Positions 50,825-61,576 of a DNA stretch of 64,000 nt are shown here, one piece after another (position 1 is the first letter of the stretch; every line of letters begins with the position of its first letter). This DNA is from Eutreptiella sp. 'Long Island Sound 2002'. Lineage: Eukaryota; Protista; Euglenida. The stretch spans positions 181,226,001-181,290,000 of the forward strand of contig OZ038378.1 in assembly GCA_964036045.1 (NCBI GenBank), written 5' to 3'. A program made the position numbers and the translations under genes. The notes under the pieces were generated by a model. The model had not been told where the DNA came from and made no database searches. It saw only the letters and a program-made list of their open reading frames with translations.

Positions 50825-52029
50825 AATTAGGGTGAGAGCAAGGGCAAGGTCAAAGGCACACTTGCGTCTCTGCAGGTACTTGCAAACTTGAACTTGCAAC
50901 TTGAGTCATTTTGGCCAATTGTCTGAAGAACGCAATGATGACACAAGATGGGACTCAAGTGAGCAGCGACACACACGTTCCTAAAACGACTCCATGGATG
51001 CGGCACCACAAGAAAGAATCAAAATATTGATATGGATACAATGTGTGAGCGGCATTCAATCACTAAATCAACCATATCAAAGATTTTATAGTTCTCTTCC
51101 GACGTTAGCTCTCACTTCGACGGGTGCTGGTTCTCTCTATCTTTGGTTGTTCAGTGGGCTTGGCAGAGCACAAAGGACATGCACAAAACCAGGGAACACT
51201 GGTTTTGTGCATGTCCTTTGTGCTCTGCCAAGGCCACTGAACAGTTTTTTAAAGCTGCCGAGCCACAAGCACAATATTTCATTTGGCAAATGAAGGCACC
51301 AAACCGTCTTGGGATTATCTCAAATCCATCTCTACGTCAACAGAGGCTCATTTTTCCACCCACTCAGTCACACGGCAAACAAAGCACATGCAAAGAGCCA
51401 GGTGGCCTTAGCGACAGCTGTTGCATAGAAGCAGGCACTCGGCAACATGAATCAATTGTGCAATCAATTTATCCAGAACACGAACTCAGCTCAACAAATT
51501 GCGTGGGCCTTGATTTGTGTGCCAAGATATTGGATAGCAAATTTCGTGTGCCATTTCTTGAGCCTGAAGGAGCCTAGGGTTGCTAAGCTAGTGGACCAGG
51601 ATTTGCTGCGAAGGGCTTACTCACAAGAGTACGCTGAGCACCAGCAAAACTCTTCAGTCAAGTGATTTCAGCACGATAATCGTCAATGAGGAACAATATC
51701 ATGTAATAAAAAATATATTTACCAATTTTTTGCAACACTTGAGTGGCAAGTGCAATCGGTGACCCCATGATTATGATCCTTTCGGTGAACACGCCCCGCC
51801 CGGTTCATCAGATTGTTGCCGGCGCAAAGCGGGTAGGCAGCGGGCATTACTTTGCAAGCAAGCAAGCAAGGCTCAATAGCTTAAAACAAGATGGAACTTG
51901 TCAGCGCACAACTGGAGTATGAGTGGTTGCTTGGGCCTTGGTTTCATCCTTGCACTTGTTCTTGCTACTCATGTTGTCTTGCACCTAGAAATCTTTGGGA
52001 CCTCATTTGCAAAACAATCTAGGGCTCTT

Positions 52030-53194
52030 CAGCCTGGGTTCCTTGTGTGGAGCCACGATGCAAACGGGCACAGCGGTTGCACAAGGAAAGGCTCATGGAA
52101 CAAACCAACGTGGAAATACACGGGTATCGTTCTTGCTGCAGGACCGCAAAATAGTGGCGGCACGGCTCACCCAACCGTTGATGACCACATGTACAAACAA
52201 ATTGTTTGTAACCCAACACGGTGTCACTACCATCCACAAGGGGATCGAAGAAAGCCAAATGTCGAGGAGGGCCAGCACACCCCGTGGAAGGCAATAAGCT
52301 AACAGTAGCGGTGTCAAATTGCCTATTATTGTCCAATATTGTCCAAGTCTTTTGGTGGCTCCCAGCCGTCCAAAGAGGGTGCCAGCATGCCATCAAACCT
52401 ACCATGGTCCATCCCACTAGGTGCGGTAACGGCGGAGGGTAGCTTGTGGCCTTTGTGGGTCAGGTCCAGCTTTTGCACATGCCAAGAGTCCCCTTGGAAT
52501 TTGAGACCAATGCGACAAGGGCACTGGGGTTTGGAACTATTGGCTTCGGTGCTTTCATCCGGAAGCTCCTCCACAATCTCAGGCTCCGTGTCTACAGGCT
52601 GGTCTCTAGGCTTCTGACGTTTGGTCGTCCTTAGGTCGTCCTTTGGTCGTCCACCACTAGCTCCATGGGTCTCTGGACGCCACTTTACCGCGTAAGGGCA
52701 TTGTAGATATAGGTAATTCTTGGAAGATGTACTAGTACTCAATGGGTACCTTAGTCTAAGCCTACGGCGAACCTGAAGGGGGATTAATATGAACAATGGG
52801 GGCAACCCAAGGAATATAGGGTGTCATATCAACGAGATATTGCAGCAGGTAGCAATACCTCTTCTCTCACACTATCCTTGGTCTTGCCCAAGATATCACC
52901 AACTTTGATCAATGGCTCAACCTTGTCCTGTTCACCACCACTACTCGGGGGGGGTTCTTCAATATCTTCATCATCATCATCACCTTCACTAGCATCGGCG
53001 ACATCTTGAGCAAAATCGGACTCATCGGAATCCGACGGCCCATTGTTGTCATCTTGAGGCTCAAAATACCTCTCCACTTCCTCCACACCATCCTCCACCC
53101 TCACTTCCTCCACATCATCATCTGACTCCTCTTGGCTTGGTGAACTGCCACTCAAGCAAGCAACATCAATAATCTTTCTTCTAATGGGTGGCAT
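52030..53194 (-). mobile_element. Mutator (MULE) transposase relic: acidic N-terminus, FAR1/WRKY-like Zn domain, SWIM finger; DDE core not seen
   Basis: MPPIRRKII...acidic stretch; QCPY...CPCRIGLKFQGDSWHVQKLDLTHKGH; FVCTCGHQRLGEPCRHYFAV (CxC-x7-CxH). Pieces lie in different frames. Confidence 0.75.
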
Positions 53195-53358
53195 AGTCAG
53201 TTCACCCAAAAATTCTGTCAGTAACAGAATAAGATTTGTGTTCAGGCATGTCATCCAACAGGCAGTCTCCAGTGCACAGACGGCTCTGGTCTGGCATTTC
53301 CTCAAACAATCTGCTCAATTTCGCTTTTTTCCTGCCAGAAATCCGTCCGCCGCAGACA

Positions 53359-53388
53359 TTTCTGCGGATAAGCCCTTATCCGCAGAAA
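53359..53388. other. Perfect 14-bp palindrome
   Basis: tttctgcggataag-cc-cttatccgcagaaa. Confidence 0.9.
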
Positions 53389-53704
53389 AACGCAGTTCTG
53401 CAGAAGTATCTGCTTGTCACGCCGCATGCTCATCCCTGACTCATCGAAAATTGTGCCCTGTTTCCAGTGTCTTGTGTGCAATTCAATATCGCTTAAATCG
53501 TTGGTATTCACAAGACGACCTCGTGTATATGCAGTTCAACATCTTCGCGGTTTTGGCACAGGTCGTAGTGGGTAGTAGGAAATCGTGCATTCTGTTTTGC
53601 TTCGAGGCATACGGAGGAGAGAGTTGCCGAGTGTCTTACAACCGTCGCGGCGCAAAGTGTTGTACAACTACCTTGCACAATGGAAGTTTTGTGGTTGCAT
53701 TGAT

Positions 53705-53721
53705 GTTTTATCCTTCTCAAG
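53705..53721 (+). promoter_or_regulatory. Candidate spliced-leader trans-splice acceptor (pyrimidine tract + AG)
   Basis: gttttatccttctcaag| lies 11 nt before ATG 53733. Euglenozoan mRNAs are SL trans-spliced (established knowledge). Confidence 0.5.
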
Positions 53722-53732
53722 ATTTGCCCGAT

Positions 53733-54156
53733 ATGGAGCACGCAACTCTGCTCACCACGGAATCCTACCTGCAGTCCCGCAGCAGCCAGTCGAAGCCATG
53801 GCTTGGCTTCGTTGGAGCCGGGCTCGGCTGCTGCCTGGTTGTGGCTCTTGCGACCAGCTCCAGCGGGACGACACACCTGTGGGCATCTGCCCCAAGTGTG
53901 ACCGCAACTCGTGGAGTTTCGACGACGACAGCTGTGCAAGGGAGGCCTTTCACCTTGGCAGCGAGTTCTTATAATGCACCCAACGATGTGGAGTTTGATG
54001 CTGCTGAACCCCCAGTTCAGATGGTTAGCACCACAACTCCCAACACTCTCATGGCCCCTGCCCCCATTGCCACCAATCTTGCGTGGCTCGCCCCCGTCGC
54101 AGCAGTTCTGGCTGGTGCCTTGGTCTATTTGTGGAGTTCGCTGCGGAAGGGAAAAG
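53733..54156 (+). CDS. Exon 1 of plastid-targeted PsaN-like protein: euglenid class-I presequence
   Basis: MEHATLL...WLGFVGAGLGCCLVVALA (TM1), Ser/Thr/Ala-rich transit region, LAWLAPVAAVLAGALVYLW (stop-transfer TM2), then basic RKGK. GT donor at 54157 (alternative 54161). Confidence 0.85.
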
Positions 54157-54441
54157 GTGTGTACCTGTTGTAGGGCTGCTCTGCGTTGCCAGTCGCAGCG
54201 ACGTACAACTCGATCTGGTGTGTGGCGGTTAAGCTCGACTTTGTGACGCTGCTTTCATTTCTCAGACGCGACGGCAACAGCGCTGGGGACATCAAGTGAC
54301 CTCGAGAGGTATGCCTTCCCCCAACTGTCGTCAGGTGGTGGCGTCTTTTTGTGGAAAAGTTGTTATCGGGCACAGGGGTGGTCCACAAGCATCGAATTCT
54401 CCAAGGTGACCCCTCGTGCATCTCGTGAATGGCTGATTCAG

Positions 54442-54770
54442 GCATCTTCTGCTTTCCGCGCAGTGGTACCTCACGGGTTGGCCCGCTGCTACTCGGGGCT
54501 GGGGCGGCGTTTGCACTGCACGTGGGCGGTGGCCCTGCATATGCCGTGGTGCCGCAAGAAAGTGGGGTGCCGTTGGCGGAATCCCCCTTGATGCAAAAAT
54601 TGTTGGCGGAGTCTGAAAGCAAGCGGGAGGAGAGGGCCAAGGAGCGTTTGGACGACTACTACCGGAGAAACTTTACGGATTACTTTAACTTTGATGTGGG
54701 GTCCCAAATCCCAGGGAAGATGAGCGCTGAAGCGGCGGCTGAGAAGGCGTGGCTAGAGCGGAACAAGTGA
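54442..54770 (+). CDS. Exon 2: thylakoid signal plus PsaN-like mature protein (At1g49975-type)
   Basis: LLLGAGAAFALHVGGGPAYA|VVPQ (AxA cleavage site), then SPLMQKLLAESESKREERAKERLDDYYRRNFTDYFNF...WLERNK*. AG at 54440-54441 is phase-compatible with donor 54157; the alternative 54161/54463 pair is also in frame. Confidence 0.75.
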
Positions 54771-57257
54771 CGGGAAACCGCGTGATATAATAGTCAGTTT
54801 AAGTTTCGCAATCGTTAAATACCACCCGTTCGGCTACCCATCTTCTTCACGAGAAGGCCGGATGAAGTTGTGACCTGAGTGTAACATAGTTTGGCTCGCG
54901 TTGAATGCACACAGCTTTGCGGTCTCACCTGTTGGGTTTTGTCGCGTGCTGTTTGCTCGGCTGCTTGGAGTGCAGGTTTGGTGTTGGGTTGGGAATCGAA
55001 ACCCCTCGGGAATCCCATCCGCAGCGCGACAGACACTGTCCCGTCCCCGTCCCCTTCTCCCGTTCGTCACGTTCGGAGGCGACGGCGAGTTGATACACTG
55101 TGTAGAGGCATCTCATAGTCAGGCTTGCGTTCAATCTGGGAGCTTGGACCCCCCCACCGCAGCCACACATCAAGCTGTGGAGTTGTGCGCTACTGTCGTG
55201 TGTCGATCAAAGAAGATAACAACCCGGCAAGAATTTTGCGCCTCAAAACTGCAGGCAAAGTTGTTACTGTGAGATTGACGGACCAGATGCTCAATGATAG
55301 GCCAGAACAGTCGGGCTATACCCCCCCCTGCCCTGTGGGCAAGAACCACCCCCTCTTTCCGCGGCACTTCTCCTGACGATATTCCCCCCCCCCCCCCACA
55401 AACACCAGAACATCAGGTTGTTCCATGCTCATTCACAAGTGGAGTGCAGCCCAGTTGGCTGAAATTCTGTCCTTTGGTGTGTTGCACTGTGAGAAGAAGG
55501 GCATACATTCCCCGGCGCAAGGCGCCGAAAAATTTTTTCTGCGTTACGGGGCTGCTCATGGCCGTGCGCAAGAACTAATCCCTGGTTCTACGCACTTTTT
55601 GGTTTGAACGCACTGTCCACGAACCACCCGCTGGCCACACGGCCAAACATTGCAGGTTCACAGGGCCCCGGGGGGGGAGGGGGCGAGTTTTGCGTCAAAC
55701 GTCAAGCAGAAAACAGATCGTGGCAGGAGCACCAGCCACGGGAACATGGCACCTGCGATGGCCGAGAAAACGAGTGAGGTGCAACACTGTTCGGGAAGCC
55801 CATCTACTCATGGTTATTCTAGCATTGCGCGCCAAGATTGACTGAGCTACTCGTGGTTAGTCGATGTCGTGGTTCTTTCTGATCATCGGTGGCCCTATTA
55901 CCAGTGGTTATATTTCTCACCCAACGAGTGCACACATGTGGTTCTCTGGGAAATGTGCTGCAGACGCTTTTGCCATTTTGGACGTAACCTGTGTGAAGTA
56001 TCTCTTTTCCGGTGTGCCTGGTCTGCAGCCACCGCCCTGCCCCGCCCGTCCCCCCCCCCTTTCCTCAAATTAGGTGTTATCCCCCCCCCTTTCCTCTCTT
56101 TGGAGTGGCGCGTCTGCCGACTGAGCATGCAAGGGAACCTGTTTCAGTTGTGCAAACCAAGAAGAGTTGAAGGAGCACATTGGGAAGTCTGTATCCCCCA
56201 TGACCAGTGATACCATCCTAGGAGCAAGGGTGGTCGAGGTGCACTGACCACTAGCCATGTTTGGCAAAGGTTTTTGGAAGGGCAATTGTAGATGACAGGG
56301 GGTCTCATGCAGACCAGTTTTGTGCCGCAAGTTGCCAAAGGCTCTGCTCAGTCATCTTCTGATCAAGCCCAGTATCGTCGGTACTTTTGCCCGCTTCGCG
56401 CTTGCGCCTCGCGCAAGATGCGCTCTGTTTAAGCAACACGGACCGTAGGAACGACCCGTAGGAAAGTTGCGATCTGGACGTAGCTTGAACGGGGGGGGGG
56501 GGGGGCACCTTCCCTGAGCTGATCTTGGTGGAACGTCCAAGGGCAAGGTGATGCTGTATCATGTTTCGTTTGCTTTTGAAAATATTTGATCGGACTCCTC
56601 TGTTGTTGGAGGATTGTGTTGCACGTGTAGTCTTTGGTGGAGATTGCGTGCGAACAGCGTTCGTGGGTGGCAGCCCATTTTGCTTGCAGCGGAAATTAAA
56701 GGCTCCCGGCTACACATGCACCCATACGACCCTTTTTAGCTGCTGGATTTGATTGTTGGGCATGTTTCCAAGTGTTGCGTGGGGCTGGGGTGGGGCCATT
56801 CAAGAGAGGTCTGTGCACCAGCAGATTTTTGAGAGAACCTCCCTACAAAGTTACACAACCTTTCCATATTTTTTTCAGGGTTTTTTTTTTAAATTCTTCA
56901 TGACGTGGCTCAAGCGACGGCTAGGGTCTTTGCGCCTCACCCCAGCTCCATCATGACTTCGTCTTTTGGGATGGGACTTGTGTAAGCAGAAATGGTGTGT
57001 ATGTGTGTTTGTGTGTATGGTTCTGTGTTAGTGTATCGGGTGTGCACAAGCTTTTTTGTGTACACAATGCTAGCAACGTCTGTGTCATCGCACGTTTTGC
57101 TGGCTGCGCATCTGTGCCATTTTTGCCCCAGGCGTGTATGGTTGCGTATGCGTGGTATGCAAAGGCGTGTTTATGTGTCCGCTGCCCGCGCTGTTTCTAT
57201 ACTCTTGCGTTTTGGCCCGATGCGCGTCTATGCCACCTGTGCTGCAGTGCCGGCGAG

Positions 57258-57440
57258 ATGGCCATGGCCGGTCTGGTACCAATGGTCGTGGAGCAGACGG
57301 CCCGTGGTGAGCGATCATATGACATTTTCTCCCGGTTGCTGAAGGAGCGGGTGATCTTCATCATTGGGGGCATTGAGGACAACATGGCCAACCTTGTGGT
57401 TGCTCAGTTGCTCTTCCTGGAGTCTGAAGATCCTGACAAG
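57258..57440 (+). CDS. clpP: ClpP protease proteolytic subunit, exon 1
   Basis: [34 protein letters not shown]...[11 protein letters not shown]|GTGAAG, phase 0; true start uncertain. Confidence 0.93.
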
Positions 57441-57834
57441 GTGAAGCCTCCGCCTTTAGTTTCGGCACGGGGTAGATTACACGCAGACCGCTAAGAGGCA
57501 CGGGGTCAAACGGTCGTGTGCAGGCTTGTGCGCAGAGTGCGATTACGCGCATGGAGGTGCTGGGCACCGGAACAGAGCTGAGCTGTGGTCCTGACTTCCT
57601 CAAAAACACCACAGCAAAAGCAGCTCACACAATGGTTGCTTGATCTCCAGCATGGGCATCAGTTCAACCCATGAAGGTGCCCAAACTGTACCTTCGCTTG
57701 ATCAGTGGTGGAGAGCGTTGACTGTGGCACCAATGCTATGAAATGACAAGTTTGAGTGGTAGGGTTGTCCAGGGAGTGAGCTGGCCTGGTCAAGTGGGCA
57801 TTTTCCAGGGAACGGGGACGAGCCGTGGCTCCTG

Positions 57835-58528
57835 CTTAGGCGACCGAAAGTGGTACAGTTTTTTTTTTGGAGATGGCGGCCGCTTTATGGTGGGTAATTC
57901 TCGTCACTTACCCTGGTTTCTGAAGAGGGCAAATGGGGTAGTGCGGTAGTGGGGTAGGGCAAATTACCAATTGTTTTTTTCAGGGGGGGGCTGCTTTTTG
58001 GAGGTATTGTCCGGTGAATACCCTTGTTTTATGTTTCCCGTGTGTCCAGTTTTTTTTTTGTGCTTTTTTCGTGTTGTTGAATACAATTATGGGTAAATCA
58101 TGCCATTTTCCCAAACCTATTGCGAGGCCTGCCAATTTATATTAGTTTTGCGATCGCCTGCCCCAAAAACACAAACATTTATCCCAATCCTCATAATAAC
58201 GGCACAGAAACAATAGCATATTTTGACTGTTTTCAAGCCGTATTGCGAGGCGTCGCTTTCAAAAAAGAGGGTATTTAGGCCAAATCACCCATAATTTTCA
58301 ATTGTGACTGCGAGGCCTGGCATTCTTGGATGATGATGTCTTTTTTCATTTCCAAAATGCCCTTCAATGATCGTAAATAAGGGGTTTTTCATTTTTATTT
58401 TTTTTTTACAAGTCTAAAGAAGTAATGATGAAAAAAACAGGATAATTGGACCATTTTACCTACTTTATTTTTCTAGGCATTTTTGTCTCGCCTTTTGGAA
58501 AAAACTGTACCTTTTTCGGCCGCCTAAG
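57835..58528. mobile_element. 694-bp AT-rich TIR element, 30-bp TIR, 5-bp TSD TCCTG
   Basis: TCCTG|cttaggcgaccgaaagtggtacagttttt ... aaaaactgtacctttttcggccgcctaag|TCCTG. Empty site gtggcTCCTGttttggg at ~59175 in the duplicate unit. Confidence 0.9.
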
Positions 58529-59416
58529 TCCTGTTTGAGGTAATGGCCATCACAAATTTTCGTGCCTGCCACGCTGCCAGATTTTGTAGATTGGTTTGTT
58601 CTGTCAGAGTGTTTGGCGGTGGGCATGATGCCGGGGATTCCGAAACCGACTGCAAGCTACTTCCACCTGCCGAGTTCCATCCTGTGCCTCCGCTTGAGTA
58701 GTGGAGAATGTTGTTTGTGTTAATTTCGCTGGGATTAGGCAAGGTTGCTCAGGAGAGGTACTGGTCACTCAGTTAGTGGGGGTTGTGATTGCTTTGAAAC
58801 CAGACGAGCACACAAGCAAGGGGAAAGGGAACTGTATCGGGAATAATGGTGCCCAAGCTGCACCTCGCTTGATGAGTGGTGGAGAGTGTTGACTGTGGCA
58901 CCAAGATTCTGGGACATGGCAAGTTTGGAGGTTCCTAGGAGATGCTCAGGGAGAGAGGGTTGATTCAGTCAGGTCTGGCCAGTGAATGTGGCATGTTTCA
59001 GTGAGCGGGGATGGGCTGTGTCTCTCACCCATGAAGGTACCCAAGCTGCACCTCCGCTTGATGAGTGGTGGAGAGTGTTGACTGTGGCACCAAGATTCTG
59101 GGACATGGCAAGTTTGAGTGGCAGAGTGAGCTGGCCTGGTCAAGGGGGCATTTTCCAGGGAACGGGGACGAGCTGTGGCTCCTGTTTTGGGTAATGGCCA
59201 TCACAAATTTTCGTGTCTGCCACACTGCCAGATCTTGTAGATTGGTTTGTTCTGTCAGAGTGTTTGGCGGTGGGCATGATGCCGGGGATTCCGAAACCGA
59301 CTGCAAACCACCTCCACCTGCCGAGTTCCATCCTGTGCCTCTGCTTGAGTAGTGGAGAATGGTGTTTGTGTTAATTTCAAGAGGCTGGGATTAGGCAAGG
59401 TTGCTCAGGAGAGGTA

Positions 59417-59827
59417 CTGGGGGGGGGGGGGAATTCAGCGGCGGGAATTTTCTGCGGGGAAAATTCCGCTTGGTGCGGAATTTCCCCCTCATTTTTCGAG
59501 GGGAGGTGCGGAGTTTTCCCACCCGTTTGGGTTTTTTTCTTAGCACGATCATTTTTAAGGGGGCTGATGTGTGCTGGTGTCTCATCAGCAGCAAGGTGCA
59601 AGCCTCTGGGTATGCTCTGCAAATTCTCTGGCACTGAAATGCTATGTTCGCCGCCACTCGTTGTCTGCCGAAATTTCGCAATCGAAGGTTCCCCTTTGCT
59701 TGCAATGCACTCAAGATTTGGGAGGTGCGGAATTTTCCCCTTCAATTTTTGGGACAGGTGCGGAATATTCCCCGTGTGGGATGTACCCTTGCGGAAAAAA
59801 CGCTGTACAGAATCCCCCCCCCCTTGG
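59417..59827. mobile_element. ~410-bp G/C-capped MITE inserted at GTAC
   Basis: gaGGTACTGG(g)n aattc...gaat(c)n ttGGTACTGGtcac. Empty site gaGGTACTGGtcac at ~58753-58768. TSD length ambiguous (TA up to 8 bp). Confidence 0.85.
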
Positions 59828-60548
59828 TACTGGTCACTCAGTTAGTGGGGGTTGTTTTGTGCAGTTTGTGAATGCGTTGAAACCTGATGAGCACAAGCAA
59901 GGGGAAAGGGAACTGTATCGGGAATAATGGTGCCCAAGCTGCACCTCCGCTTGATGAGTGGTGGAGAGTGTTGACTGTGGCACCAAGATTCTGGGACATG
60001 GCAAGTTTGGAGGTTCCTGGGAGATGCTCAGGGAGAGAGGGTTGATTCAGTCAGGCTTGGCCTGTCCAGTGAATAGGACACGTTTCAGCGAGCGGGGATG
60101 GGCTGTGTCTCTCACCCATGAAGGTACCCAAGCTGCACCTCCGCTTGATGAGTGGTGGAGAGTGTTGACTGTGGCACCAAGATTCTGGGACATGGTGAGC
60201 ACGAAATGGCGACATTTTTGAGACGACAAGTGTTTGCACTGTGACCCGAGAGGACCCGAGGCATCGTACATTGGGCAGTACCTGCTACAGTCTGCAAATA
60301 CCACCAGTGGTGACAGTTTCAATTCATTACGGCACAGTGCAGCGAATTGCGTTGTACTGCTGCATGGGAAAGTTTGTATATTTATCTTAACATCCAAGAT
60401 TTGTGCTGGGGCTGCTTTTTTTGCGACTGATCTCTTCTTGTTTGGTGTTTGCTGCAAATCTGCTCTGCGCCGCTGTCAAGTTTCATCATTTGTTGCTTTG
60501 CCTTGACCTTTGTGTTCCAACCCACCATTTTGATTGACACTCATGCAG

Positions 60549-60765
60549 GACATCTTTCTGTACATTAATTCCCCTGGGGGCTCAGTCACTGCAGGAATGG
60601 CCATCTACGACACTATGCAGTTCATTAAGCCCAACGTGGCCACGTTGTGCCTGGGTCAGGCCTGCTCCATGGGGGCTTTCTTGCTGGCAGGAGGCCACGC
60701 CGGCAAACGCTACTGCCTGCCCAATTCCAGAGTGATGATCCATCAGCCCCTGGGAGGATACCAAG
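60549..60765 (+). CDS. clpP: ClpP exon 2 (catalytic Ser and His)
   Basis: CAG|[28 protein letters not shown]...[11 protein letters not shown]...[11 protein letters not shown]|GTACGC, phase 0/1. Confidence 0.97.
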
Positions 60766-61301
60766 GTACGCTGATGCCGTGCTGTCCATTTTTTACAATA
60801 TTTTTGTGCAACCAGGACCTATTTTCTGGCAAATTATCCGGGATGTTCTGCCATGGATCGTGTTGGCTGTGTTTTTTGCAGTGCCGTGCTGCACAAGTTG
60901 TTTGAGCTGCGAGAGTTCATAAGGAGACAGGTCGGTGAACAGCCAATGAATGACGTCATGAATCACGTCATGAGCATAATGGGCAGGCGCCAGCGCCAGA
61001 TATCCCTATTTTCACACAGCATAGCCCTCCTACTAGTGGGTTTCGGTTACAGGGCATTGGGGGCCCTGAACAAAAAGTCAGTGGGTGATATTTTTGTTGG
61101 ACAAAAGAAGATTTTAAAAACGGCCCATTGACACCAACTGATGAGCCAAGCCTGGCCCAACGTTTTCATCCAGAGGGGATGGGATGATAATTGTTGGACA
61201 AAATAAGGTGAGAAACAGGAGTTTCCCCCAGATTTGATCATGGTAGGTGAACAGGCCCAATACAAGTGGATTCTCCCTGTCACTCGCTTCTCTATGTTCA
61301 G

Positions 61302-61576
61302 GCCAAGCCTCTGACATCATGATTCACGCCCAAGAGATTATTGGCATCCGCTCCAAACTCAATGACCTCCTTGCGCATCACTGCAAGCAGCCTTTGGAAT
61401 TGATTGAGCAAGACACTGACCGAGACAATTTCATGTCTGCCGAAGAAGCCAAGGAGTACGGCTTGGTAGATGCAGTCTTGGAAAAGCGTGAGGGAGTGCA
61501 GACAGCCGCTGCCAAGGTGGTGGGCCCACCTCCAGCTGACGGTGGCTCACCTGAGCCTGCTGCTGCTGGCCCTTAG
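61302..61576 (+). CDS. clpP: ClpP exon 3 (catalytic Asp), with Ala/Pro-rich tail
   Basis: CAG|(G)[12 protein letters not shown]...[23 protein letters not shown]...AAAGP*. Spliced product from ATG 57258 is 224 aa. Confidence 0.97.

Larger units (their letters stand above)
57670..60195. repeat. ~670-bp modular tandem duplication (P-R-P-Q)x2 + P inside clpP intron 1
   Basis: Module P (ggtgcccaagctgcacctccgcttgatgagtggtggagagtgttgactgtggcaccaagattctgggacatgg) at ~57677, 58848, 59037, 59929 and 60123. Modules R and Q each occur twice. Confidence 0.9.

Noticed and set aside
53184-53732. N-terminal 183 aa of the 329-aa ORF
   Set aside because: Upstream open frame before the pyrimidine tract/AG and ATG 53733; overlaps the MULE relic and palindrome
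57677-60195. Five copies of module P with intervening sequence, superficially array-like
   Set aside because: Intervening segments are themselves duplicated; explained by tandem duplication, not CRISPR
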